The translations under genes were made by a program, and so were the position numbers. DNA of 64,000 bases from Nemertoderma westbladi (Eukaryota; Animalia; Xenacoelomorpha), in the NCBI GenBank assembly GCA_032718475.1, contig JAUCBJ010006257.1, positions 8,743 through 72,742 of the forward strand, given 5' to 3'. Under the pieces are notes generated by a model, which saw nothing but the letters and a program-made list of their open reading frames with translations, ran no database searches and was not told the origin of the DNA. Shown one piece after another: positions 26,378 to 39,112 of the stretch; the stretch's first letter is position 1; every line of letters begins with the position of its first letter.

Positions 26378-26968
26378 TTAAGTTTGGAGTTATATTATAT
26401 TTCAACTGTTATCTGAATAACTGATTATTTTTTTTATATTAGAAAAAAATCGAACAAATTATAATATATTTAAGGAATATTGATTAATATTAGTGCCTCT
26501 GTCTTATAAATACAAATCGTAGCTTAAGTGTCATAAGGAACTAAGTCAGAAATTTCAATTGTTCAGGAGAGCCAATAAAATATAATATAGAGATATATAT
26601 AGGGCCTTTCTGCAGTAAAATATTTCCCAATAGGATTATTGGGTATCACTTTACCACGCAATAATCATCACATTCCATTGGTTAAAGTGTTCAAAATTCA
26701 CCAGTTTGGAATTGTATGAAAAAGTAAAATGCGACAAAAATAAACTTAAAGGGCCTTTATGACACTCTTAAGCTACGGGGTGATTCTCACCGAAAGTGGC
26801 CAAATAGAACTGAAATATTCCTGAAATTTGAACTCCATTGAAACCATACAAAACTATATATATTCTGAAAGCATTTTTTAAGGAGAATTCAATGGTGACA
26901 ATCTCCGAGATGTTAGATAAAATCTTAAAGAAATAATCAAGGTAAAGTATGTGTCCCGCCTGTAATGG

Positions 26969-27761
26969 TTTGTCCCTCCATGTAATACGAATTTTTAGGC
27001 TGTAAATTGCCCCTGTAATGCGATGTCCCAGCCCTGTAACAATATATTCATCTATTGGTAGGCCTACCGTGTAATGCGATGTCCCCACGTTGTAACAATA
27101 TAATAGTCATGTACGTATGTATTTAGTAAATTTTCCATACATAACTTTTTAGTAAGTTTTCCGAGAAAGATAAGTTTTGTCAAAATTGTGTATTATTTTT
27201 AAAAATTAATATAATCGACCACAGAAAAGAAACCAAAATCAGACAATTCCAAACTATTCGTAAGTTGCTACAATAGCCTAGAAACAAAATTAGTTCGGAC
27301 AGAGTGAATTCGAAATTCAATAAACTTCGAAATTATATAAAGTTTTCATTCAGACAAAAATTGGAGAGAATCAATAATTGAGGGGTAAAGTTCAGCATCC
27401 GACATATCAAACCCTGTAAAATCCAAAATAGCGAAGTCTTTCACTGCACTTGAATGCTTCGTACATAATAGTTCGCATGGTGGAAGGCATGGTTTCGTGT
27501 TTCCATTTTGTAAATTTAACGGACCATACATAATTAATCTATGTTAGTAGAATGGTACGGTGTAAGTTAATTAAAACAGAAAAGTTAAGTCCTGAAATTA
27601 AATGACCAAATACAGATGCTTTTCAAATTTCCCACCAATTAGTGTGCCATAGAATCAATACTAAATTTCCCATTACAGAGAAGGGACAGTCCCTCACTGT
27701 AATGGCATCTCGCACACGTAATTTGTGGGACAATTACAGGGCCATTACATGGAGGGACAAA
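26969..27761. repeat. Degenerate inverted-repeat element (possible old DNA transposon)
   Basis: Perfect 18-bp IR tttgtccctccatgtaat (26969) / attacatggagggacaaa (27744), plus repeated cctgtaat/attacagg and tgtccc/gggaca sub-motifs. The ends are not defined. Confidence 0.4.
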
Positions 27762-28870
27762 TTGATCTTGATATTGAATGTGTAGGGAGCACACTTTAAT
27801 ATTGAAGTTGGAAGTAACAATGGCTGTATTGCCCATGTTTTAATCTGCTATAATAACTTTATTTTGTTAATTCAAAATGTTACATGCAAATTTATATGCA
27901 GAATTAGTAATGGAAAACATGGGACAAAACATCTTGAACATACCGGGTTTGTCACATATAGATGTTAAAATCTCGGCAACTACTGGATCGTTTTCAATAA
28001 GGTTTTTTTTATTGTGTTCTGTAATAATTGAGGCTGGATTTGCGCATCATCATACCGACTGATAACTTCTTATAGCTTCTTTCGAACCTCTATTTAACAT
28101 TTGGGACATTACAGGGGTCATATTGAAATTTAATAATATTTTATGCTGTTACTGGAACGGAAGTATTTGTATCCTCCAAAAACTAATCTGAGAATGTAGG
28201 AAAATTTTCAAGCTTCCGAATGATATATAGTTTGTACACCAAGGACCATAATGGGGTCATTCTACTGCTCTCTAAATGTTATGCAAATTCTTTAAACAAG
28301 TGTTAAAAATGCTATTTTTTAGCGTTTGACAGAGAAATATGGTAATATGCAGGGATTTTTCAACCCTGAAAACATGATGAGCAGAATTTTCAGGCCAAGT
28401 TTCATATATAAAACATTTTACCGTTTAAAAATTCACCAATCTAAACAGAAATTACGTTCCGGACAATTTCTAAGTCGGTTTTGGCCACTTTTGTTGAGAA
28501 TGACCCTACGATATGTGGTAATTTAATAAAACTATTTAGCATAAAAAATGGACATTATGTTCATGTAACTAAGTAGTAATGGGTAAAGCCTTAATAGTGC
28601 ATAATTAGTTAAAGCGTCGACCATTTAAGAGGATACAATACTGATTAAATGTAATGCATACATAGTACTCTCCTCACTACAACAGTGCCAGACACAAATT
28701 ATTAAATTAAATTATTTACCGATACGCCACGCAAACAATTTTATATATAAATTATATTGATAATTACAAAATATGTATATTTATCTAATCGTTATATAGA
28801 AAAAAATAAAAAATAAATTAGATTATACGATAGAGTTGGGGTAGGCTGCAGTTTTTAATGCACTCTGGCT

Positions 28871-30325
28871 AAACAGTGCTGCCCCATCTAGGGATCGCAC
28901 CAGGTCCTTCTGGATGGGGATCCCAAACAATGCTGCCCCATCTGGGGATCAAACAAGGACTACCTGGATCGGGAGCCCAAACGGTGCTGCCCCATCTAGG
29001 GAACGAACCAGTGCCTTCAGGATGGGGATCCCAAACAGTGCTGCCCCATCTAGGGATCGAACCAGGGCCTTCTGGATGAGGAGCCCAAACGGTGCTGCCC
29101 CATCAAGGGATCGAACCAGACGTTCTGGATGAGGAGCCCAAACAGTGCTGCCCCATCTAGGGATCGAACCAGGGCCTTCTGGATGGGGAGCCCAAACAGT
29201 GCTGCCCCATCAAGGGATCGAACCAGACGTTCTGGATGAGGAGCCCAAACAGTGCTGCCCCATCAAGGGAACGAACCAGTGCCTTCAGGATGGGGATCCC
29301 AAATAGTGCTGCCCCATCTAGGGATCGAACCAGGGCCTTCTGGATGGGGAGCCCAAACGGTGCTGCCCCATCAAGGGATCGAACCAGACGTTCTGGATGA
29401 GGAGCCCACACAGTGCTGCCCCATCTAGGGATCGAACCAGGGCCTTCTGGATGGGGAGCCCAAACAGTGCTGCCCCATCTAGGGATCGAACCAGGACGTT
29501 CTGGATGGGGAACCCAAACAGTACTGCCCCATCTAGGGATCGAACCAGGACGTTCTGGATAGGGAAGCCAAACAGTACTGCCCCATCTAGGGATCGAACC
29601 AGGGCCTTCTGGATGGGGAGCACAAACAGTGCTGCCACATCTATGGATCGAACCAGGACGTTCTGGATGGGGAACCCAAACAGTACTGCCCTATCTAGGG
29701 ATCGAACCAGGACGTTCTGGATAGGGAAGCCAAACAGTACTGCCCCATCTAGGGATCGAACCAGGGCCTTCTGGATGGGGAGCCCAAACAGTGCTGTTCC
29801 ATCTAGGAATCGAATCAGGGCCTTCTGGATGGGGAGTCCAAACTGTGCTACCCCATCTAGGGATCGAACCAGGACGTTCTGGATGGGGAACCCAAACAGT
29901 ACTGCCCCATGTGATCGAACCAGGACGTTCTGGATGGGGAACCCAAACAGTACTGCTCCATCTAGGGATCGAACCAGGGACTTCTGGATGGGGAGCACAA
30001 ACAGTGCTGCCCCATCTAGGGATCAAACCAGGACTTTCTGGATCGGGAGCCCAAATGGTGCTGCCCCATCTAGGGATCGAACCAGGGCCTTTTGGATGGG
30101 GAGCCCAAACAATGCTGCCCCATCTAAGGATATAACCAGGGCCTTCTGGATGCGGAGTCCAAACAATGCTGCCCCATCTAGGGATCGAACCAGGGCCTTC
30201 TGGATGGGGAGTCCAAACAATGCTGCCCCATCTAGGGATCGAACCAGGGCCTTCTGGATGATGAGCCCAAACAGTGCTGCTCCATCTAGGGATCGAACGA
30301 GGACCTTCCGATGATGAGTCTAAAA
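28871..30325 (-). repeat. 54-bp minisatellite (about 27 copies) derived from a tRNA 3' half; each unit carries a B box on the minus strand
   Basis: Minus-strand unit: TTTGGGCTCCCCATCCAGAAGGCCCTGGTTCGATCCCTAGATGGGGCAGCACTG. The 54-bp period is seen directly and as an 18-aa period in the ORF track. Confidence 0.92.
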
Positions 30326-30357
30326 TATCGCAATTTTACCCAATAAACTGCAGCTAC
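30278..30357 (-). pseudogene. Degenerate elongator tRNA-Met(CAT)-like sequence forming the terminal (5'-most) unit of the 54-bp array
   Basis: Minus strand ...TAGACTCATCATCGGAAGGTCCTCGTTCGATCCCTAGATGGAGCA resembles the animal tRNA-Met(e) 3' half as recalled from memory (CAGTCTCATAATCTGAAGGTCGTGAGTTCGATCCTCACACGGGGCA). The 5' half is poorly conserved. Confidence 0.55.
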
Positions 30358-33300
30358 TAATACTACAGCGCTATTAATACTGCAGCTATTAATACTGCAG
30401 CTATTAATACTACAGCTATTAATACTACAGCTACTAATACTGCAGCTATCAATACTGCAGCTATTAATACTGCAGCTACTAATACTGCAGCTACTAATAC
30501 TACAGCTATTAATACTACAGCTATTAATACTGCAGCTATCAATACTGCAGCTATTAATACTACAGCTATTAATACTACAGCTATTAATACTACAGCTATT
30601 AATACTGCAGCTATTAATACTACAGTTACTAATACTACAGCTATTAATACTGCAGCTATCAATACTGCAGCTATTAATACTGCAGCTACTAATACTGCAG
30701 CTATCAATACTGCAGCTATTAATACTGCAGCTATCAATACTGCAGCTATTAATACTGCAGCTACTAATACTGCAGCTATCAATACTGCAGCTATTAATAC
30801 TGCAGCTACTAATACTGCAGCTACTACTACTAAAGCTATTAATACTGCAGCTATCAATACTGCAGCTATTAATACTACAGCTATTAATACTGCAGCTATT
30901 AATACTACAGCTATTAATACTACAGCTATTAATACTACAGCTAATAATACTACAGCTACTAATACTGCAGCTATCAATACTGCAGCTACTAATACTGCAG
31001 CTACTAATACTGCAGCTATTAATACTGCAGCTAATAATACTACAGCTATAATACTACAGCTATTAATACTGCAGCTATTAATACTACAGCTACTAATACT
31101 GCAGCTATCAACACTGCAGCTACTAATACTACAGCTATTAATACTACAGCTATTAATACTACAGCTATTAATACTGCAGCTATTAATACTACAGCTACTA
31201 ATACTGCAGCTATCAACACTGCAGCTACTAATACTACAGCTATTAATACTGCAGCTATTAATACTGCAGCTATTAATACTGCAGCTATTAATACTACAGC
31301 TATTAATACTACAGCTATTAATACTACAGCTATTAATACTACAGCTATTAATACTGCAGCTATTAATACTACAGCTATTAATACTACAGCTATTAATACT
31401 ACAGCTAATAATACTACAGCTACTAATACTGCAGCTATCAATACTGCAGCTACTAATACTGCAGCTACTAATACTGCAGCTATTAATACTGCAGCTAATA
31501 ATACTACAGCTATAATACTACAGCTATTAATACTACAGCTATTAATACTACAGCTACTAATACTGCAGCTATCAACACTGCAGCTACCAATACTACAGCT
31601 ATTAATACTGCAGCTATTAATACTGCAGCTATTAATACTGCAGCTACTAATACTGCAGCTATCAATACTGCAGCTATTAATACTGCAGCTACTAATACTG
31701 CAGCTATCAATACTGCAGCTATTAATACTGCAGCTATCAATACTGCAGCTATTAATACTGCAGCTACTAATACTGCAGCTATCAATACTGCAGCTATTAA
31801 TACTGCAGCTACTAATACTACAGCTATTAATACTGCAGCTATTAATACTGCAGCTATTAATACTACAGCTATTAATACTGCAGCTACTAATACTGCAGCT
31901 ACTAATACTGCAGCTAATAATATTAGAGCTATTAATACAGCAGCTACTAATACTGCAGCTAATAATACTGCAGCTAATAATACTGCAGCTATTAATACTA
32001 CAGCTATTAATACTACAGCTATTAATACTGCAGCTATTAATACTGCAGCTATTAATACTGCAGCTATTAATACTACAGCTATTAATACTGCAGCTATTAA
32101 TACTACAGCTATTAATACTACAGCTATTAATACTGCAGCTACTAATACTGCAGCTACTAATACTGCAGCTATCAATACTACAGTTACTAATACTGCAGCT
32201 ATTAATACTGCAGCTATTAATACTACAGCTATTAATACTACAGCTATTAATACTGCAGCTATTAATACTACAGCTAATAATACTGCAGCTATTAATACTA
32301 CAGCTATTAATACTACAGCTATTAATACTGCAGCTACTAATACTGCAGCTACTAATACTGCAGCTATCAATACTACAGCTATTAATACTGCAGCTATTAA
32401 TACTACAGTTACTAATACTGCAGCTATTAATACTGCAGCTATTAATACTACAGCTATTAATACTGCAGCTAATAATACTCCAGCTATAATACTACAGCTA
32501 TTAATACTGCAGCTAATAATACTACAGCTATTAATACTGCAGCTATTAATACTGCAGCTACTAATACTGCAGCTACTAATACTGCATCTACTAATACTGC
32601 AGCTACTAATACTGCAGCTACTAATACTGCAGCTATTAATACTGCTGCTATTAATACTGCAGCTACTAATACTGCAGCTATTAATACTGCAGCTACTAAT
32701 ACTGTAGCTACTAATACTGCAGCTACTAATACTGCAGATACTAATACTGCAGCTACTAATACTGCAGATACTAATACTGCTGCTATTAATACTGCAGCTA
32801 CTAATACTGCAGCTATTAATACTACAGCTACTAATACTACAGCTACTAATACTGCAGCTATTAATACTGCAGCTACTAATACTGCAGCTACTAATACTGC
32901 AGCTACTAATACTGCAGATACTAATACTGCAGCTACTAATACTGCAGCTATTAATACTGCTGCTATTAATATGGCAGCTACTAATACTGCAGCTATTAAT
33001 ACTACAGCTACTAATACTGCAGCTACTAATACTGCAGCTATTAATACTGCAGCTACTAATACTGCAGTTATTAATACTGCAGCTATTAATACTGCAGCTA
33101 CTAATACTGCAGCTATTAATACTGCAGCTAATAATACTACAGCTATTAATACTGCAGCTACTAATACTGCAGCTACTAATACTGCAGATACTAATACTGC
33201 AGCTAATAATACTAGAGCTATTAATACAGCAGCTACTAATACTGCAGCTACTAATACTGCAGATACTAATACTGCAGCTAATAATACTAGAGCTATTAAT

Positions 33301-35293
33301 ATAGCAGCTACTAATACTGCAGCTAATAATACTACAGCTATTAATACTGCAGCTACTAATACTGCAGCTACTAATACTGCAGCTACTAATACTGCAGCTA
33401 CTAATACTGCAGCTACTAATACTGCAGCTACTAATACTGCAGCTAATAATACTCCAGCTATTAATACTGCAGCTATTAATACTACTGCTATTAATACTGC
33501 AGCTATTAATACTGCAGCTAATAATACTACAGCTATTAATACTGCAGCTATTAATACTGCAGCTACTAATACTGCAGCTATTAATACTGCAGCTACTAAT
33601 ACTACAGCTATTAATACTGCAGCTATTAATACTGCAGCTACTAATACTACAGCTATTAATACTGCAGCTACTAATACTGCAGCTACTAATACTGCAGCTA
33701 CTAATACTGCAGCTACTAATACTGCAGCTACTAATACTGCAGCTACTAATACTACAGCTAATAATACTAGAGCTATTAATACAGCAGCTACTAATACTGC
33801 AGCTAATAATACTCCAGCTATTAATACTGCAGCTATTAATACTACTGCTATTAATACTGCAGCTATTAATACTGCAGCTAATAATACTACAGCTATTAAT
33901 ACTGCAGCTATTAATACTGCAGCTACTAATACTGCAGCTACTAATACTGCAGCTACTAATACTGCAGATACTAATACTGCAGCTAATAATACTAGAGCTA
34001 TTAATACAGCAGCTACTAATACTGCAGCTAATAATACTACAGCTATTAATACTGCAGCTATTAATACTGCAGCTACTAATACTGCAGCTACTAATACTGC
34101 AGCTATTAATACTGCAGCTACTAATACTGCAGCTACTAATACTGCAGCTACTAATACTGCAGCTAATAATACTAGAGCTATTAATACAGCAGCTACTAAT
34201 ACTGCAGCTATTAATACTACAGCTATTAATACTGCAGCTACTAATACTGCAGCTACTAATACTGCAGCTACTAATACTGCAGCTACTAATACTGCAGCTA
34301 CTAATACTGCAGCTACTAATACTGCAGCTACTAATACTACAGCTATTAATACTGCAGCTATTAATACTACAGCTATTAATACTACAGCTATTAATACTGC
34401 AGCTATTAATACTGCAGCTACTAATACTGCAGCTACTAATACTGCAGCTACTAATACTGCAGCTAATAATACTACAGCTATTAATACTGCACCTATTAAT
34501 ACTGCAGCTACTAATACTGCAGCTACTAATACTGCAGCTACTAATACTGCAGCTAATAATACTACAGCTATTAATACTGCAGCTACTAATACTACAGCTA
34601 ATAATACTGCAGCTATTAATACTACAGCTATTAATACTGCAGCTACTAATACTGCAGCTACTACTACTAAAGCTATTAATACTGCAGCTATCAATACTGC
34701 AGCTATTAATACTACAGCTATTAATACTGCAGCTATTAATACTACAGCTATTAATACTACAGCTATTAATACTACAGCTAATAATACTACAGCTACTAAT
34801 ACTGCAGCTATCAATACTGCAGCTACTAATACTGCAGCTACTAATACTGCAGCTATTAATACTGCAGCTACTAATACTGCAGCTATTAATACTACAGCTA
34901 TTAATACTGCAGCTATTAATACTGCAGCTATTAATACTACAGCTATTAATACTGCAGCTACTAATACTGCAGCTAATAATACTACAGCTATTAATACTGC
35001 AGCTACTAATACTACAGCTATTAATACTGCAGCTATTAATACTGCAGCTACTAATACTGCAGCAATTAATACTGCAGCTATTAATACTGCAGCTACTAAT
35101 ACTGCAGCTACTAATACTGCAGCTATTAATACTACAGCTATTAATACTGCAGCTATTAATACTACAGCTATTAATACTGCAGCTACTAATACTGCAGCTA
35201 CTAATACTGCAGCTATTAATACTACAGTTACTAATACAGCTATTAATACTGCAGCTATTAATACTGCAGCTACTAATACTGCAGCTACAGCTG
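30346..35293. repeat. 15-bp minisatellite AATACT(G/A)CAGCTA(T/C)T, about 330 copies
   Basis: Directly visible. It ends about 50 bp from the LZTR1 stop codon. Single-base deletions near 31050, 31512 and 32486 break the frame. Confidence 0.98.
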
Positions 35294-35344
35294 TTAGTTG
35301 ATTAACAAGGTTAATCTGCACTGGTCCGCCAATTGGTTTACGAA

Positions 35345-36644
35345 TTACTCCATAATTTCTGCCGATTGCGCTCCGATCTGCGACTCAGACAACGCATCGA
35401 TAATATCCAGTAACAATTCCCTCCGCAAAGTTCGAACTTTCGGCAACTTGGCGATCCTCTTAAAATGGCAAACGATAATATTGAGACAATGATTCTTCAT
35501 ATCGAGAGCGCCTATCGAGTCAGTAGCCTCCAGTATGTGGATCACGTTCCCCGTTGTTATATTAGTTTCTAGATTGTGTTTACAGAACGCCTGTAGTCGG
35601 TTGTTTGTGAATCCGTAGAAATGTGGCGCCGCAAACAAATAAAGAGAGTCTTCTGGGGGCATCGAAGCGTCGTCGTAATAAATATACCGCAGGAGGGAGT
35701 TAAACGATTGTAGAGTCGGGATTGTGTCGCCTATACTGATGTCTACCTCCCCACTGGACGGCATATAGGAGCGAAACAACGCCTCGAAGTAGGCGGATCG
35801 CGCCGCTAGAATGGCCTTATGAGCGGGAACCGCTGCCCCGTTGACCCGCAGAACCACGTCGGTAAAGTCACGACCTACACTGCCGCACAGGAAGGTCTTT
35901 AGGTCCAACTCGAGGGAGGGCGTCTTGGTATCGGAGTCGGAGTGGGATTCCGGAGCTGCGAACAACGGCCCGAAACGATCGCGTCGGATAACCTCCACCA
36001 ACAACTCCTTCGGGAGACTCTCGAACTCTCGCATCATTATAATTCGGTTGTAGTTGGATTCCTTGATGATGAATCGCATACAACGTTCCTTAAGGTTATC
36101 CAACTCCAGCTGGTTGCCCTTTACGAGTATGAGCAACACGTTGTCCAGACATATACAGTTGTCAAGGTACTGTATGCAGAGCATCTCGAGTCCTTTTAGT
36201 TGCAGACAGATAGCCAGATGGTAGACGTCGACCATGAGTATAACGGCGGTTGGGGAACATCTGTCCTCGCTGGATACCGCCCCGTTGGTTGCTATGCCGT
36301 CCGTGTAGATGTACATTAGCGCCATACGGAAGGGTTTAACTTCTACTTTGTTGGGTAGAACTACGCGCAGTGGTTCTACTGCAGTAGATGCATCGTTATC
36401 GGCGTCAGGACCCAGATGCTTCTCGACGCTACTTCTACGCGCTTTCATCGCTTCTACAATCGTGGCTCGCAGGTAATGCGACCGGGCCGCCACCATGGCG
36501 ACGTGGGCTGTGACCACGGCCCCGTTGGGCCCCAGTACGAACTCGAGGTCTCCCAATTGACTCCCGTCTAGCAGTTTAGAGAAGTCCGACTTTAGTGTAG
36601 ATTTGGGGTAGGACGACAACTGGAAACGGTAGATCTCTCCGCTC
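35345..36644 (-). CDS. LZTR1: LZTR1 coding exon 2 (end of Kelch region, two BTB-BACK domains)
   Basis: Acceptor tctgtttag|G at 36645/36644. Splicing gives NNIR-SGEIYRFQLSSYPKSTL. BTB motifs AHVAMVAARS and AHKAILAARSAYFEA and the segment MPPEDSLYLFAAPHFYGF match LZTR1. Confidence 0.95.
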
Positions 36645-36956
36645 CTAAACAGAATAGCGTGGTACGGTACAATTACAGAAACGTGGCTAATTAACTAATT
36701 AAATTAATTTATTAACAACAAAACATCAGAAGAAAGAAAGTATGGTATTCAATATATCAATTATTTCATTGTAAATCTTTAATATATATAGAATGATGAA
36801 TTGTATATTTTTCTTTGATTCTTTCTTGACTAATTTTCGGTCTCTTGATGACAGGATGGCCTAGATGTAATGAAAGAATGTGTTACCTTGGCTGTTACCG
36901 GTAGTTACTTTGGCATATTAAATCCTTTGACCAAATATAAAATGCAAGAAAAGCAA

Positions 36957-37178
36957 ACAGTCGGCCGAGGCCGGAGGCGACCCGAAGGATCCTCCTTCGA
37001 TAATTGCTACCCGAGGGTAGGAGTGGCAGTGGGGTGGGGGGGCTAATCCTATCCTTAGTTTTTGCTTCCAGTAATTCAACTGATCCCCAGTGGATAAAAG
37101 GCTGAATGGACCCTGGTGGGAGTCGAACCTACAACCAATAGATTGCAGGCCCGGCGCTCAACCAACTGAGGTACCCCC
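36957..37178 (-). mobile_element. tRNA-derived SINE within the LZTR1 intron (same sense as the gene)
   Basis: Minus strand: A box TACCTCAGTTGG, B box GGTTCGACTCC, followed by TTCAGCCTTTTATCC and a GC-rich 3' segment (GGATCCTTCGGGTCGCC) reminiscent of invertebrate SINE bodies. Confidence 0.75.
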
Positions 37179-37334
37179 AAAAGTCAAATTATTTAAAGAG
37201 AAACAAATGATTGCGGCTTGGGGTTATAAAATCATATCCATACAAATTACGTCCCAACAACTGAACAACGTTGATTTGAGTTCTTAAACTTCGCGTATCA
37301 GAGAGTTTGAATAAACATACCGTATTAAACTTAC

Positions 37335-38359
37335 CTAATGTTGTTCTCCACGGTCCCCCCGAATATAAACAGCGCGTCGCCAACTACGGCAGCCGAGTGA
37401 AACAGCCTACCGTTGGGGGTCTCGCTAACCGAGGACGTCTCGTTAACCGACCAGGAATAGGCGTCCAGATCGTAGCGGTACAGCTCGTTGGGATGACTGT
37501 TACCGGAACCGCCTCCGAACACGTACAGATACCTACCGTGGTGAACCATCGTGTGTCCATACCGCCGCGATGGAGGGGGCCAAAGGTCTGGTAACAGATG
37601 GTCCGTAGTTAACTTCATCCACTGTCTGTTGGAGAAACGAAACTGAAACAAATTATTAGCTATTTTAGCTCCAGATTGGCCGCTGAATACGAAAATAGAA
37701 TCGCGAGCTACGGTTATAGCGAAGTTACAACAAGAAGGAGGAACCTCACCCCAGTGGTCCACTCTCTCCCAGCGCCTAGTAGGGGTCGAACTCTTCACCT
37801 CTGGATTCAAACTCAACGTCCACATGTCATTTAGTCGCGCGCTTCCATCGTACCCAGCGAATATCCACATCTTGTCGTCGTAAATGACAGCCCCGTGCGC
37901 GGAACGAGCCACCGGGGTCGTTCCTTCTATAACCCGCTCGTTCCACTGCCCCGTCGAGAACTTATACTCGAAGAGATCGTTCTTATTGCGTAGATTTGAG
38001 TTGGAGTAGATGTCGCCGGTGTATCCGCCGAATATAAACATGGATTGTTGGAACACCACGGCGGAATGGTGGTACCGCGGTGCCGGTGGGGTACCCGTTG
38101 CAAACGCACGTCCCCAAGACAACTCCCGGCAGTCGAATCGCAAGAGATCGTTTAGCATTTTGTGTCCGTCGTCCCCCCCGAACACGTACAGGGCTTCCTT
38201 GTAGGCGACCATCGTGTGTTTGCTGCGTCTCGCGCCCACAAATTCTGCACACTCCGGCATCTGTCGCCATTTATGGATTGTCTCATACGGACCGAAATCA
38301 AGCGTGAGACTCTCCGCGCTACCCCAGATAGAGGTTGGCGCAACTTGTCCCGTTTCCAT
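37335..38359 (-). CDS. LZTR1: LZTR1 coding exon 1 (Kelch repeats); intron 36645-37334 (690 bp, phase 2); spliced protein about 774 aa
   Basis: [32 protein letters not shown] and the Kelch GG motifs ([22 protein letters not shown]) match LZTR1. Donor AG|GTAAGT at 37335/37334. Confidence 0.95.
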
Positions 38360-38689
38360 GACAACACCGCAAATTAAAGCACAATTTTTTAGCCTTACCG
38401 GTAGACCTACCAGAGTTAATCAGTTAATTGCGATTTGACCCAAACCAGAACATCAGTTGTTGTTGTTGTTAGGTTGTCCACTGACCATTGCTGTACACTT
38501 CAGCCCCCCGCCTGTCAGCAGCGCCAGCACCAACTGCCAACTGTCAGGCAGCCGTCATCGTCAGTTTACGGTTATTAAATAAAGCAATAAAAGGATACCA
38601 ATTAAAGTCATACCAAAATCGATGAAAATTTCACCAAAAAAAAAATATTATATTACACCATTTTAAATAATGTGACCAAAAAAAAATTA

Positions 38690-38875
38690 TTTAAAACAAA
38701 AAAAATTATTCAACACCAAATAAAATCAAGTCACCCCAAATACAATTATTCAAACAACAAAATAAATTTTTCAACACCAAAAGCAAAAACAATTATTCAA
38801 CATCAAATCAATTATTCAACACCAAAAACAATTATTCAACACCAAAAACAATTATTCAACACCAAAATAAATAAA
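38690..38875. repeat. Short degenerate ~20-bp tandem repeat (AACACCAAAAACAATTATTC)
   Basis: About 8 imperfect copies are visible upstream of LZTR1. Confidence 0.7.
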
Positions 38876-38978
38876 TGCTCAGCAAATAAATGCTTCCCTG
38901 GTAACCCTCCGTCTAACTCTAATTGGAACCTAAAGTATGATCAGGCCCTTCTGACCTGAAATACCATGATATCATAAT

Positions 38979-39112
38979 TTATTACCAGGTTATTTAGTTA
39001 TTTTACGAGTTATTTACCCGAGGGACATGTTATAGACCCGAGGCGAAGCCGAGGGTTTATAACTGGCCCGAGGGTAAATAATGAGGAAAATAACTAAATA
39101 ACCTGGTAATAA
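38979..39112. mobile_element. Palindromic (hairpin) MITE-like element centred on CCGAGGCGAAGCCGAGG
   Basis: Arms ttattaccaggttatttagttatttt / aaaataactaaataacctggtaataa, with further paired segments inward and a central GCGAAGC loop. Confidence 0.75.

Noticed and set aside
28876-30314. ORFs in the 54-bp array, and CTGGATGA as a possible hammerhead core
   Set aside because: The ORFs are repeat translations. The motif has an extra G and no GAAA or stems in the right geometry.
30278-30357. Functional tRNA-Met gene
   Set aside because: The acceptor, D and T stems have multiple mismatches, so it is kept only as a degenerate relic.
30363-35321. 776-aa NTAAT/NTAAI ORF (antifreeze-glycoprotein- or mucin-like) and 945-aa hydrophobic antisense ORF
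   Set aside because: A 15-bp unit is stop-free by construction. There are frameshifting deletions, the ATG is a sporadic variant, and there is no signal peptide or unique domain. Only transcript or proteomic data could rescue it.
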